Of a DNA stretch of 64,000 nucleotides, positions 23,175-35,110 are shown piece after piece. The notes under the pieces were generated by a model. The model was not told the DNA's origin. It saw only the letters and a list, made by a program, of their open reading frames with translations, and ran no database searches. The number at the start of each line of letters is the position of its first letter. Within the stretch, counting starts at the first letter, position 1. A program made the position numbers and the translations under genes. Source of the DNA: Pristiophorus japonicus (lineage: Eukaryota); the NCBI RefSeq assembly GCF_044704955.1, contig NC_091999.1, forward strand, positions 10,974,001 through 11,038,000, given 5' to 3'.

Positions 23175-23366
23175 TGTTTGTTGTCGTCTTTCAGCTGCAA
23201 CATAAACCTTTCCCCGAATTAAGTCCTTTAGAAATGCCGGTGGCGTTCAGAAATGGTACTTCCACATGTTTAAACATCCACCTGGTAAAATTACGACATA
23301 TACGAGTTGTAACTACCAACATAGTGCTTCGAACCATATTAACTTAGGTTTTTTTATGTTTGGTTG

Positions 23367-23924
23367 NNNNNNNNNNNNNNNNNNNNNNNNNNNNNNNNNN
23401 NNNNNNNNNNNNNNNNNNNNNNNNNNNNNNNNNNNNNNNNNNNNNNNNNNNNNNNNNNNNNNNNNNNNNNNNNNNNNNNNNNNNNNNNNNNNNNNNNNNN
23501 NNNNNNNNNNNNNNNNNNNNNNNNNNNNNNNNNNNNNNNNNNNNNNNNNNNNNNNNNNNNNNNNNNNNNNNNNNNNNNNNNNNNNNNNNNNNNNNNNNNN
23601 NNNNNNNNNNNNNNNNNNNNNNNNNNNNNNNNNNNNNNNNNNNNNNNNNNNNNNNNNNNNNNNNNNNNNNNNNNNNNNNNNNNNNNNNNNNNNNNNNNNN
23701 NNNNNNNNNNNNNNNNNNNNNNNNNNNNNNNNNNNNNNNNNNNNNNNNNNNNNNNNNNNNNNNNNNNNNNNNNNNNNNNNNNNNNNNNNNNNNNNNNNNN
23801 NNNNNNNNNNNNNNNNNNNNNNNNNNNNNNNNNNNNNNNNNNNNNNNNNNNNNNNNNNNNNNNNNNNNNNNNNNNNNNNNNNNNNNNNNNNNNNNNNNNN
23901 NNNNNNNNNNNNNNNNNNNNNNNN
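23367..23924. other. Assembly gap (N run)
   Basis: Ns. Confidence 1.
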
Positions 23925-24007
23925 ATAAATCCAGTCTTCCCATAGCCACTCATTTTATTATATTCTCCTTGGATGTATCTTCAGTTTAATTCTTATTACT
24001 GCTTTGG

Positions 24008-24280
24008 TAGCAGCTCCTTGTCACTCGGTAAGATTTGAAATATCGGTGTATCAGGAAACCGAAAGACAAACCATATTGCTTCATCACAAAACACAAACAA
24101 TTAACCAATCAGTCTCCGTAATATGCCAGCTCCTTCTTGAGCTCAGGTTTAAAGTGTCTATGGACCGTGAGAAATTCTACACCACTCTCACCATGAACGC
24201 TGCGTGTCTGTCAAATGTCGCGGTGTATTGCACTGCAGTGAGACATGGAAAAATAAAGAGGTGAGGAACCTATATCAGAA
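24008..24280 (+). pseudogene. V relic with FR2/CDR2 deleted
   Basis: HSVRFEISVYQETERQTILL..RFKVSMDREKFYTTLTMNAACLSNVAVYCTAVR; RSS not recognisable. Confidence 0.65.
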
Positions 24281-24489
24281 TCACTCATCGCAGGGACTGA
24301 GGGTACCACGGATGTCAGAATCCAGTGTGATAGAATTACAATCAGCAAGAGATTACTTATGTTAAGTAAAATACGTCATCAGTGCTATTAGTTTTAACAT
24401 ATTAATAATAAGATTCATTGTTTAGGTGGAAATGCAAGTTTTGTTTTCACAATTTCACCAAAATTATACCTGCTCCAGCCAGAAACTTA

Positions 24490-25030
24490 ACTTACCCGGT
24501 GCTGTGCTTGCGCTGGGAGTCTTTATTTGGATAGTACAGGGATTGGGGGCGGGGGTGGGGGAGTGGGGCGTCGTTACTCTGTATCTAGCCCGTGCTGTAG
24601 CTGCCCTGGCACTCTTTGATAGGACAGTATAGCGGCAGGTTAACTCTGTATCTAACACGGGCTGTAACTGCCCTGCGAGTGTTTGAAGGGACTGTGTTTA
24701 GGGAGATTTTTCTGAATCAAAAGGTTGCTGTACCTGCCCTGCGACTGTTTGGTGATAGAATGTGGAGGGAACTTTACCCTGCCTCCAACTCGTGCTTTAA
24801 CTGTCCCGGGATTGTTTGATGGGACAGTGCAGAGAGAGCTCTACTCTCTATATAACCTGTGTTTCACCTGCACTGGGAGTGTTTGATGGGCTAATGAAGT
24901 GGGAGCTTTGCTCTATATCGTACCCGTGCAGTACCTGTCCTGGAAGTTTTTGGTGGGACAGTGTAAAGGGAGCGTTACTCTCTATCTAACCCATGTTGTT
25001 CCTGTGTGGGATTGTTTTTTATGAAATATT
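24490..25030 (+). repeat. ~65-bp tandem satellite (~8 diverged units)
   Basis: Unit approximately actctgtatctaacccgtgctgtacctgccctgggagtgtttgatgggacagtgtagagggagcttt. Confidence 0.85.
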
Positions 25031-25794
25031 GATGAGGAACTTATGTTGATAGTGTTTTGATTCAGCATTTAGTTCAATCATCAAGAGCGAAACGTTAATC
25101 AACTTTGATTCACGGAGTTTTCTGCTTGGTCTCCATGTTGGAAGATTCGGAATATCGAATGACTTGCATTTTTACGATATTAATATTCCATAGTTATGAA
25201 TAGTGCTATTATTAATGTGAAGTACATCTAGTTCAGGAAAATGGATGCATATTTGTGTTGGTGACCTGGACATAATCAAAAACTTAAACATGAAATTTCC
25301 GAATTAATGTAAATAGCGAGGCAACAAAACCAGTGCAATAAAATGGCAGAAGTTGGAGTCATAATTCTTAACAAAATAGTAACAGCAATAACCTGGCATA
25401 ATAATAATACAAAATACTCACACAGCAGTGTTCTTTATAGATTGATAATTAATGTTTCACAGAGCGGATTCACTCTACGTCCTGTCGCCAAGAATGGAGC
25501 TCCAAAACCTCATATTTCTCCAAAACTTACAGATCCGACAGTTTAACGGGTGACAGCTGGGAATTCCCGGAAACATTTCTGTGTCTTATCACCGCACAAA
25601 TTTTTATATTTAGGGCAAGAGACTATACACAAACAATAGGCGTTACGGAGTAGGACAAGAAAATAACAGTGAACCTGCGATATTTCTCTATCTCATGGTC
25701 CAATATCACTGGGAGGTCTGATTGGGGAGGGTAACAATTCTTCAATCCAAAATTATACTTCAGGGTGTCATAAACAGACAGTTGTGTCGATCTT

Positions 25795-26350
25795 GCACTT
25801 GGATCTGCATCAGCTTGTACTGCACAAGGACATGTATCTATTTATATTACACAAAGCCCTGTCTCAGTTTTTACTCTACTAGACCATGTCTCTATTTATA
25901 TTACATTAGATCCTGTCGCTGTTTATATTACAAAAGACCATGTCTTTGTTTATATTCCACTGACTGTGTCTCAGTTATTACTATACTCAACCACGTCTCT
26001 CTTTCTATTACATTGGATCCTGTCGCTGTTTCTCTTACGCCAGACCCTGCATCTGTTTATATCACACTAGACCAAGTCTCTATTTATATTACACGAGGCA
26101 CTATCTCTGTTTATATTAAATTAGGTCCTAACCCAGTTATTATTGACCGTGTCTCTGTTTACATTACGCCATGCGCTGTCACTCTTTATATTACATTCGA
26201 CCACGTCTCTGTTTATGTTGCACTCGGCCCTGCTCAGTTATTGCTGCACCAGATCCTATCTCTATTTATATTACACTAGACGCAGTCACAGTTATTTATG
26301 CACTCGACCATGTCACTGTTTTTATTACACTAGGTGCTGTCTCTGTTTTT
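25795..26350 (+). repeat. 27-bp minisatellite (~20 units)
   Basis: Unit approximately agaccatgtctctatttatattacact. Confidence 0.88.
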
Positions 26351-27809
26351 CAACCATTGTCCTTCAGTCCTTCGCTCCCTGTTTCCCTGAAGTTTGACTG
26401 CACGTCCTTTACCACCTCAACGGATTCCTTCAGCGGCTCCTGGCGAGGGGAACATCTCCAGTTGTTTCTAATCAGACCATAGTACTGTCCGGCTTTTTTT
26501 GCTGATGTGGCGCACTTTTTCCTCTAAACACCTGGAGTTCACGCATGATGTCTCCTGTGGTATAATAGGACAGTTGGTTAAGGGAAGGAAGAATTAACGA
26601 CTATTATGAAGGGAATGGATGGAGTTGTTTGCGAATAGGTGCAGATGATGATTAAATTATTTCCCTGCCCCAATCACTTTCCCTGGCACCCCCTATCCGG
26701 GACTGCCCTCCACTCTAATCTCATCTTATTTTGCTGTCGTGTTCTCGCTGTCACCGGGCTCGGTAAGGTTCAGGGAGCGATTAAGCCCATCAAGTCTGTA
26801 ATCCCCTTATCGCTCCTCACACCCTTTAAAATACTCTTTAGAGACTCATATCCAATTTACCACAGTTTCAGCTGCTTCTGTGAAAAAATTGATTTTCTCA
26901 TCACAAAAATGTATCTTTTGCCGGATTCACTCGGTGACCTCCGGGCCATGGAGGGCTGCGGCTCCCACAATTCAAATCGGCAGACAAAAGCCGCTATCTG
27001 TGACATGGGTCCCGCTGGAGTCTGGCAGAAATGGTCACACATGTGCACCTCACCAACCTTTCCAGCGACAACTGTATATTTCTCTCTTTTATCGATTAAG
27101 ATACCGAAGTTATTTTCGTGCAAGTTGATGTGTTTCAATCGAGCCACTTTATGTAAATGAACGGAAACCATTCACATCGTGTTAGGTCACACAAATGTGG
27201 CGGACTCTACGTCACAAAATGTTGGCCGCCGGTGTGCTCGGCAGTGGATGACGACACAATTAATTTCCACGTTACAGTGCCATGATTGGCTGTTTCTCCC
27301 ATTGATTCAGCGTCATTGGTCACGGGCCGTTTGCTGCAGAGCACACGAGTCCCATTTGGTGCGGTCTGTGACCCCTGTCTCAGAGCTGTGACTGTGAGAT
27401 ATCAGCTCTTGAAAGGGTCTAGCACAGCCCAAGTTTGTTCTGTTAGTTTTGATACTTGATGGGACTTTGAATAAAACTAAGAATGGGAATAAAAGTAATT
27501 TTAACTCTTTAAGTATTCTTTCATTCAGTAGGTTGTTGAACAGCAAATAATCATAGTGGCTAATAATCGACATTGTGAAGTAGGATCAGTTATCCTCAAG
27601 TCGAACATGTTAATTTATAATGTAATTTTGAAAATGGAGATTATATTGATTTTATTTATTTCTTTATCCCAACATAATAAACCAATAGGAATATAGCAGC
27701 AAGTAATTCATCCGCTCAAGCCTTTCCATCATTCTAGAAATCGACTGCCAATCTCTGGCAGCAAACAGAAATAAATGCCATTGCCTCTTACAGCAAACTA
27801 ATGGGTCTA

Positions 27810-30650
27810 AATGTGGATAGGTCCCTTTTACCCCGATGGACTGCATCCTACGTTCTCAAGGGGGTGGCTGCAGAGATAGTGAATCCAATGCTTGTAATCT
27901 ACCAACATTCCCTGGATTCTGGCGAGGCCCCAGTGGACTTGAAAACCGCAAATGTGATGCACCTATTTAAGTAAGGAGAGAGACAGAAAGCAAGATACTA
28001 CATCCAAGTTAGCCTAATATATGTCATTGGGAAAATGCTACAGTCCATCATTGAGGACCTAGCAGCAGGTCCGTTAGAAAATCAGAATGCAGCCAAGCAG
28101 AGGCAACATGGTTTCATGAAAGGAAAGTCATGTTTAACAAATTTGCTCCAGTTCTTTGAGGAAGTAACGAGGAGGGTGGATATCGTGGAAGCAGTAGATG
28201 TTGTGTATTTCTATCTCCATAATGCATTCAATAAGATGCCACGTAAAGATTATTGCACAAGATAAGAGCTCACGGGTTTAGGGGTAATATATTAGCGTTC
28301 ATAGTGGATTGGATGAAGAACAGAAAGCAGAGATTCTAAGATAAATGGGTCATTTTCAGGTTGGCAAACAGTAACAAGTGGGGTGCTAAAGAGATCAGTG
28401 CTGGGGCCTTATCTATTTACAATTTGTATTAATTACTCGGATGAAGGGACCGAGTGTCATATAAACAAATTTACTAATGATATAAAATTAAGTTTGGAAG
28501 CAAGATGTGTGTTGGAAGCAAATAATCTACAAAGCAATATAGATAGGCTAATTACGTAGGCAACAATTTGACTAATTGAGTATATTTTCCAAAAATGTGA
28601 AGTTATCGAACTTGGGAGGAAAAATAAAAAGCTAATTATTATTTTAAATTTGGAGAGATTACAAAATGCAATGCTACAGAGGTATCTGTGGTCCTGGTAC
28701 AGGAAACTCAAAAACGTTAGCCTGCAGGTACAGCATGGAATTAGGAAGGGAAGTGAAATGTTAGCCTTTATTGTAAGGGGGAAGAATATTAAAGCAGAGA
28801 AGTCCTGCTACAAATATACCCAGTATTGGTGAGACCACACCTGCTACATTGCGTACAGTTTGGTCACCTTATTTAAGGAAAGATACAATTGCATTGGAGG
28901 CTGTTCAGAGATGTTTCACGAGATTGATTCCTGAGAAGAAGAGGTTGTCTTATTAAGAAAGGTTGAGCAGATAGGGCATGTACTTATTGGAGTTCTGAAG
29001 ACAAAGATGGTCTATTGAAACATACACGATTATGAGGGGGCTTATCACGGTGCATGAAGAGTGGCTATTTCCGCTAGTGCCGGTACCTAGAACTCTGGGG
29101 CATAGTTTCAGAATACGGGGTCGCCCATTTAAACATAGAAACTTAGAAACATAGACAATAGGCGCAGGATTAAGCCATTCGGTCCTTCGAGCCTGCACCA
29201 CCATTCAATATGATAATGGCAGATCATGCAACTTTACAACCCCATTCATGGTTTTTCTCCATACCATTGATCCCTTTAGCCTCAAGGACCATATTTAACT
29301 CCCTTTTGAATATATCCAACGTACTGGCCTCAAAAACTTTCTGTGGTAGAGAATACCACAGGTTCACAATTCTCTGAGTGAAGAAGTTTCTCCTTATCTC
29401 GGTACTAATTGGCTTACCCCGTATCCTTCGACTGTGACCCCTGATTCTGGACTGCTCCCACATCGCAACATTCTTCTTGCATCTACCATGTCCAACCCCG
29501 TCAGAATTTTAAATGTTTCTGTAAGATCCCCTCCCATTCTTCTCAATTCCAGTGAATATAAGCCTCGTCGATGCAGTCTTTCTTCATATGTCAGTCCTGC
29601 CATCCGGGCATCAGTCTCGTGAAGCTTCGCTGCACTCACTCAATAGCAAGAATGTCCTTCCTCAGATTAGGAGACCAAAGCTGTACACAATATTCAAAGT
29701 GTGGCCTCACCAAGGCCCTGTGAAACTGCAGTAAGATCCCCCCTGCTCCTATACTCAAATCCTCTCGCTATGAAGACCAACATGCCATTTGCTTTCTTCA
29801 CCGCCTGCTGTACCTGCATGCCAAATTTCAATGACTGATATACCATGACACCCAGGTCTCATTGCACCTCCCTTTTTCCTTATCTGTTACCATTCGGATA
29901 ATATTCTGCCTTCCTGTTTTTGCCACCCAAGTGGATAACGTCACATATACCTTCATTATACTGCATCTGCCATGCATTTGCCCACTCACCTAACTTGTCA
30001 AAGTCACCTTGCAGCCTCTTAGCATCCTCCTCACAGCTCACACTACCACCCAGCTTAGTGTCATCTGCAAACTTGGAGATATTACGTTAAATTCCCTCCA
30101 TTAAATTATTAATGCATATTGTGAATAGCTGGGTTCCCAGCACCGAAACGTGCTGTACCCCCACTAGTCACTGCCTGCCATTCTGAAAAGGATCCGTTTA
30201 TTCCTACCCTTTGCTTCCTGGCTGCCACGTCAATCAACGTCAATACATTAGCTCCAATACCATGTGCTTTAATTTAGCACACGAATCTCTTGCATGGGAC
30301 CTTGTAAAAGCCTTTTGAAAATCCAAATACACAACATCCACCGATTCTACCTTGTCCATTCTACGAGTTAAGTAGAAAATGAGGAGTAATTTCTTCTCTC
30401 AGAGGGTCCTGAATCTTTGGGTTTCTCTTACTCAGAGAGCTGTGAAGTCTCGTTCATTGGATGTATTTAAGTTGGAGATATACAGATTTTTGAACAATAA
30501 GGGAGTCAAGGTTTATGGGGATCTCGCGGAGAAATGGGGTTGAGGCCGGAATCAGATCAGCCATCATCTTTTTGAATGGCGAAGCAGGCTCATGAAGCCA
30601 AATGGACTACTCCTGCTCCTATTTCTTATTTTCTTATGTTCGTATGTTTT
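27810..30650 (+). mobile_element. Old CR1 (host 27810-29132 and 30368-30650) split by a younger CR1
   Basis: HGFMKGKSCLTNLL and other RT motifs. The host rejoins as cgcccatttaa|gtagaaaatgagg, with TTAA on both sides of the insert. Confidence 0.85.
29133..30367 (-). mobile_element. 5'-truncated CR1 nested in CR1
   Basis: (acatagaa)n tail at the left end; RT region to the right. Confidence 0.88.
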
Positions 30651-30659
30651 CCTTTCTTA

Positions 30660-31105
30660 TTAATTCTCGTGAGGTCACTGAGGATCCCAAGAATTATTGG
30701 CCATTCCCCAGATTCCGCTTGATAAGCTGATGGTGATCCTTTTTCTTGGACTGCTGCATTTCTGCTCTTTGCATGCGTTTGATACAATTGACTGGCTTAT
30801 TGGGCCACTTCACCGAACAGTCAAGAGACAACCATGCTGTGTGTTGCAACGGAGCCCCATAAGGGACAGAGCCGGATCAGGCAGCACTTTTCCTTCCCAA
30901 TTAAGGACTTTAATGATGTAGTTGGCGTTTTATCACAATCCCAGTTTCACGATCATTATTATCGATAATTGCTTCTTATTTATTTGTAAAACATCTGAAT
31001 TGAAATTTCTAAACTAACATAGTAGAAGTTGAACAAGCGCACTCTAGATTATTAGCTCACGGCTAGGGATTATTTGTTGAATAGCTTAACCAGCACACTA
31101 CGACA
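30660..31105 (-). mobile_element. Degenerate shark-type SINE
   Basis: Reverse-oriented L2-type tail plus SINE body, recognised by resemblance only. Confidence 0.5.
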
Positions 31106-31249
31106 CATCTTAAAACATCATTCTCTCTGCCACAACCAATATTTATGAAAGTGCCAAGAGTAATAAAAAGAGAGATTTGGTTTAGCGCAGTCATACCTCA
31201 GACAGGTACAAATGTAGCTTAAAACGAAATATTTAGGCAGAGACAGATG

Positions 31250-31620
31250 GAACGAAATAGATAGAGAACCAAATTTAAATAAACAGAGGGGAAGTAAGTG
31301 AGAGATAATGAGAGAGTGAAACAATGCGAGATTGAGGCAGAGCGAGAGACAGAGCGAAGAACAGAGAGAGAGAAAGCGAGAGAGATACAGAAAAAGGGAC
31401 ATTGTGAGAGACAGAGAGACATAGAGAGAGGGAGATAGGCAGAGCCAGACAGGGAGCTAATGAGATACATACAGTGAGAATCAGATGGAGACGAGAGACA
31501 CAGAGATATGGAAAAAGATAGACAGTGAAAATAGAATGACAAAGGACCACAGCGAGAGAAACAGAGAGATGAGCTGAAGCAAAGGTTTTACATCGTTAAA
31601 CTAAAAAAAGGAAGAAGAGA
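31250..31620. repeat. GA-rich simple repeat
   Basis: Degenerate (GA)n/(GACA)n. Confidence 0.85.
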
Positions 31621-31869
31621 TATCAAATAATTATGGATAAAGACTGGAGACAAGGGGTGAGATGGGATAGGCATGCATGGAGGGCATTGAAAGAAAATGT
31701 GCCACAGATGCCTTTGCGCAGTATATTTCTATTTGAATGTGCTTTAATATAATTCCACCAGTGAACGCCACCGCTTCTTTTTAAGAATTGTATTTTATTT
31801 GACTTTTAAGAAGGTCTCCGTGAATCTCACTGTGGAGGCTTACTTATCGCTTTGTTTATCATCGTGTGA

Positions 31870-31883
31870 GCGCCATCTGGTAA
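31870..31883 (-). promoter_or_regulatory. CTCF-like motif 24 bp downstream of the RSS nonamer
   Basis: TTACCAGATGGCGC. Confidence 0.55.
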
Positions 31884-31907
31884 GCACCGACTGGAATTAC
31901 CAGTGTG

Positions 31908-31947
31908 GGTTTTTGTACGGGTTCCGCTATATCTCTGCACCAGTGTG
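31908..31947 (-). other. Recombination signal sequence, 24-bp spacer
   Basis: CACACTG (31947-31941), 24 nt, ACAAAAACC (31916-31908). Confidence 0.9.
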
Positions 31948-32406
31948 GGGCTCATGGCACAGAAATACACGGCGGTGTCTGAGATCAAGGCCTTGCTGAT
32001 CATTAGCTCGGTAATCATAGTCGTTTTATGAAATGCAGAAGAGAATCGGTCAGTGAAGTCGGGGTTTCGGTTTACTGCTGTTCCAATAAGGTAATATACA
32101 TAACGTGGGGGCTGCCCGGGGTGCTGACTGTACCAGAATACAGAAGGGCTACGAATGCTGGTTTTCAAGCTGCAGTTTAGTGTGACATTCCCTTCCTCTT
32201 CAACCATCATTTCGAGAACCGACTGTTCCACTGTATCTTGCTGGCTCCATTCTAAAATAAAATAATAGAAATAGTAATCATCACATGATCATCTTCATTA
32301 TCACTTTGCCAATAATAACATCAGGGGCAGAATTATTATTATTGCGAAGGAAATACTTACTGAGAAATGATATAATAATGAGGAGCGATGCGAGACGGTT
32401 CCACAT
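31948..32406 (-). CDS. TRAV/DV: Intact TCR alpha/delta V gene segment, family A (leader exon 32361-32406, V exon 31948-32251)
   Basis: Spliced MWNRLASLLIIISFL-K-WSQQDTVEQSVLEMMVEEEGNVTLNCSLKTSIRSPSVFWYSQHPGQPPRYVYYLIGTAVNRNPDFTDRFSSAFHKTTMITELMISKALISDTAVYFCAMSP; canonical residues, GT-AG intron and RSS. Confidence 0.95.
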
Positions 32407-33002
32407 GATGGTCCCTGAATCTGTAACTCTGCAGTCCTGGAAATCCTCTGTCGGAGCAGCAATTGAGATCCCTGCTCCACTGCACTGCTGGCACAACCAA
32501 TGTGAAGCAGGGAACAGCGACAGCGGTCTCTCCAATTACACAGGGCAGGCAAGGCATGGCAGAGTGACAGCAGCAAACGGACGTTGTGGGCGCGGCTGTC
32601 ACAGGCAGTGTTGTCATATGCATGATCAATCTGTGAGAACAATATTCAGAATTATACAGCTCTTCCTCTCGATAAGAGCTGCGTTAATTTCACATTTATT
32701 ACAAATTCGGGGCAAGCAGATTTGCGATAGGAATTGCAAAATTATTACATTGTATAATAGTTACCGAAATCTTCAACAGTGAAGTAGGTTAAAACTAGGT
32801 GCTGAAATAAGCGATGGGAAAGAGAACAAAACTGGAAGGAAAAGTACAACATTAGTGAGCTGAAATGAGAAAACAAAAGGAATTTCATCTTAATTTATAT
32901 TGAATAATATGATTGTGGATTGACCACCGCCCTTTGACTCAACTGGCCGTTTCAGAACGGAATTGACTGTTACCCAATCAATTCAGACTTTGCTCAGAGA
33001 GG

Positions 33003-33290
33003 AGAAGTTGTACGAGAGCCGGGTTTGTCCCCACACTCTTGCCCACAGCACAGCATTGGTTCTGGTATCCACAAACTCTGCCTGGCCGAAGCCGAGTTTG
33101 CTCAGAATTTGATCCCGGTTGGTAGGGACCTTAAACCGGATTGGTGGCGTTCTGCTTTGAATCAACAATAGATGTATCTCGGGGTTGCGCTCACCAGTCG
33201 GCTGTACCAACAGATGTTGTCGATCGTGCTGAACCCGCGCTGGATTCTGAAAGGATTTTATTCCACTGCGAAGTCTCAGGTAGGTAGAGA
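33003..33290 (-). pseudogene. Decayed V relic
   Basis: NICWYS, RFKVPTNRD..AEFVDT and CCAVG in shifted frames; RSS-like CAAGAGT, 23 bp, ACAACTTCT. Confidence 0.55.
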
Positions 33291-34073
33291 AATCTGGGCC
33301 AAACTCGGTGCAACTTTCGAAAAAACTTAATAATCACATGGAATGAACAACACAGAAACAGTTCATAGAATCAGAGAACAATTGGGAAATAGAGAAGAGA
33401 AAGATTTAAAGAAAGTGAAAAATGAAAAAAGCTGGAAAAATAGATAGAGGAAAAGAAAGTGAAAGCACGATAGAAAGAATGAGAAAGACAAAGAGACAAA
33501 GCTATGCATTAATGAAAGTGTAGAGGACAGCAAATTAGAAAAGCCGAAAGAAGGTGATAAGTAACGAGAGAAGGACAGTGCTAATAGTTAAGAGAAAGCC
33601 ATAAACATATTGAGAAATAAAGTAAAATGTCCTTTCCTTTACATTCACGCACATTCCTCTTCCGCATATTTAGACAGTTGAATTGTCTGAAACAATATAC
33701 ATTTTCTCTAAACAATTGGCCGCTGGAAACCACCCCATTGATTAACTCATAATTTGCTCTGCCCATTATCCTGACTGTGTGAAGTCCTCAGAGTCACCGT
33801 TAGAGGGCGCCGTGGTTAAATGATTCTCACTATGATTAATCAGTAATTGCATCGACAAATCTTGCAGTAACATTGCCCACGGCAGCCCCGCCCATAGCTT
33901 CCATTTGCCGCTCTCGCTCTGACCCGCCTTGCCAGCCCTGTGTTATTGGAGTGATTGCTGCCGCTGCTCCCTGTTGGCATTGGTAGGATCAGCAGTGCAG
34001 TGACGCTGGGATCTGTACTTCTGCTCCCACAGAGCATTTCCAGGACTGCAGAGTTACAGACTTTGGGAGCATC

Positions 34074-34499
34074 ATGCGGAACCGTCTTGCACCACTGCTC
34101 ATTGTTATATTACTTCAAAGTAAGTATTTCCTTCCAATTAAAAATAATTTCTCCCCCTGGCTGCTGTAACTAAGGAGTTATTATTGGTAAAATTATATTG
34201 ATGATTACGATTATGTTCTTTGAGACGATGATGATGATGATCATGATGATTAATTTTATTATTTTCTGTTCGAAGGGAGCCAACAAGATACAGTGGAACA
34301 GTCTGTCCCTGAAATAATGGTTGAGGCGGAAAGTAATGTCACACTAACCTGCACCTTGAAAACCAGCAATACTAACCCTTATGTGTTCTGGTACATACAG
34401 CACCTCGGGAAGCCTCCACAGTACATGCTTCGTTTTATCAGAGTGAATGTGGACCTGAACCCTGCCTTCACTGATCGATTCTCTTCTACATTTGTTTAG
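34074..34499 (+). pseudogene. TCR V pseudogene, family A, truncated in FR3
   Basis: Intact leader MRNRLAPLLIVILLQ (34074-34119, gtaagt); DTVEQSVPEIMVEAESNVTLTCTLKTSNTNPYVFWYIQHLGKPPQYMLRFIRVNVDLNPAFTDRFSSTFV*; no second Cys and no RSS. Confidence 0.9.
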
Positions 34500-34769
34500 G
34501 AGCCTCGTGTGAGGCATGCAGACGATGTGGCCTGCCTAACGGAGATGATCGAGCGTGGTCAGTGCTTCGATGCTGGGTGACGGCATGGCGGCTCAGGGTG
34601 AGAGAAGCAAATGGAAGCTGTGGACGGTGCTAATGAAGTGGACGGGAGAAGAAAGAATTAGGCATCTGGTGCTAACTTTCTCCCGCAACTACCCCTTCTT
34701 CTGAAGCTGAATGATGAACGAGTTGTGCACAGGAACTGATTTAAACAGCACTGTATCCCAGCGCCTGAC

Positions 34770-35060
34770 TGCAACGACATTGAGAGGAGTATCCACATTA
34801 AAACCTAAATTGAATTGTGGAAATTAAACCTGGGGACACGGATTCACTGTGGAAAAATTCATTTTAGGACTGGTATCATGAAGTTCTTTGCACACACACC
34901 GAGTGATTAATGTGTGCAATACAGCATGGTGGAGGGAAATATACTAGCATAGTTAAAGGAAAAACTTGAGGCTACAATGAGAGGTGGGAGTAAAGATCTC
35001 TCTGGATAGATCAGACTAAACCACCCGAATGGCCTCTCTCGTTCTCAGATCTCGTGAACT
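34770..35060 (+). mobile_element. Ancient CR1-like 3' fragment
   Basis: acctggggacacgg..tttaggactggtatcatgaagttc..cacacaccgagtg..ccgaatggcct. Confidence 0.5.
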
Positions 35061-35096
35061 GCAATACGGCTGAACTTGTAACTTGTACAGTAAGTC

Positions 35097-35110
35097 ACCA
35101 CCAGAGGGCA
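35097..35110 (+). promoter_or_regulatory. CTCF consensus motif
   Basis: CCACCAGAGGGCAG is an exact match to CCASYAGRKGGCRS. Confidence 0.65.

Noticed and set aside
23266-23989. Long ORFs of X residues (also at 36601-36882)
   Set aside because: They span N gaps.
24490-25030. Regularly spaced repeats resembling a CRISPR array (also 37868-38080 and 56030-56478)
   Set aside because: Head-to-tail diverged tandem units with no unique spacers and no cas genes, in a vertebrate context.
25722-26482. Cys/Tyr-rich ORFs of 84-185 aa
   Set aside because: Artefacts of the 27-bp (9-codon) minisatellite.
26720-27250. Leader-like exon with a gtaagg donor and faint V-like fragments (HTNVADS)
   Set aside because: No convincing Cys/Trp/YYC framework or RSS; needs an HMM search.
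31901-31907. Second heptamer CACACTG directly after the nonamer (possible D segment or tandem RSS)
   Set aside because: No nonamer at 12 or 23 bp, and the paralogs have CATACTG or TATACTG at this position.
32285-32782. 165-aa plus-strand ORF, and similar antisense ORFs at 3409-3774 and 43675-44079
   Set aside because: Antisense shadows of V genes or promoters with no recognisable domain.
34845-34900. CACTGTG followed by a J-like stretch
   Set aside because: No FGxG motif, no upstream nonamer and no splice donor; the sequence fits a decayed CR1 3' end.
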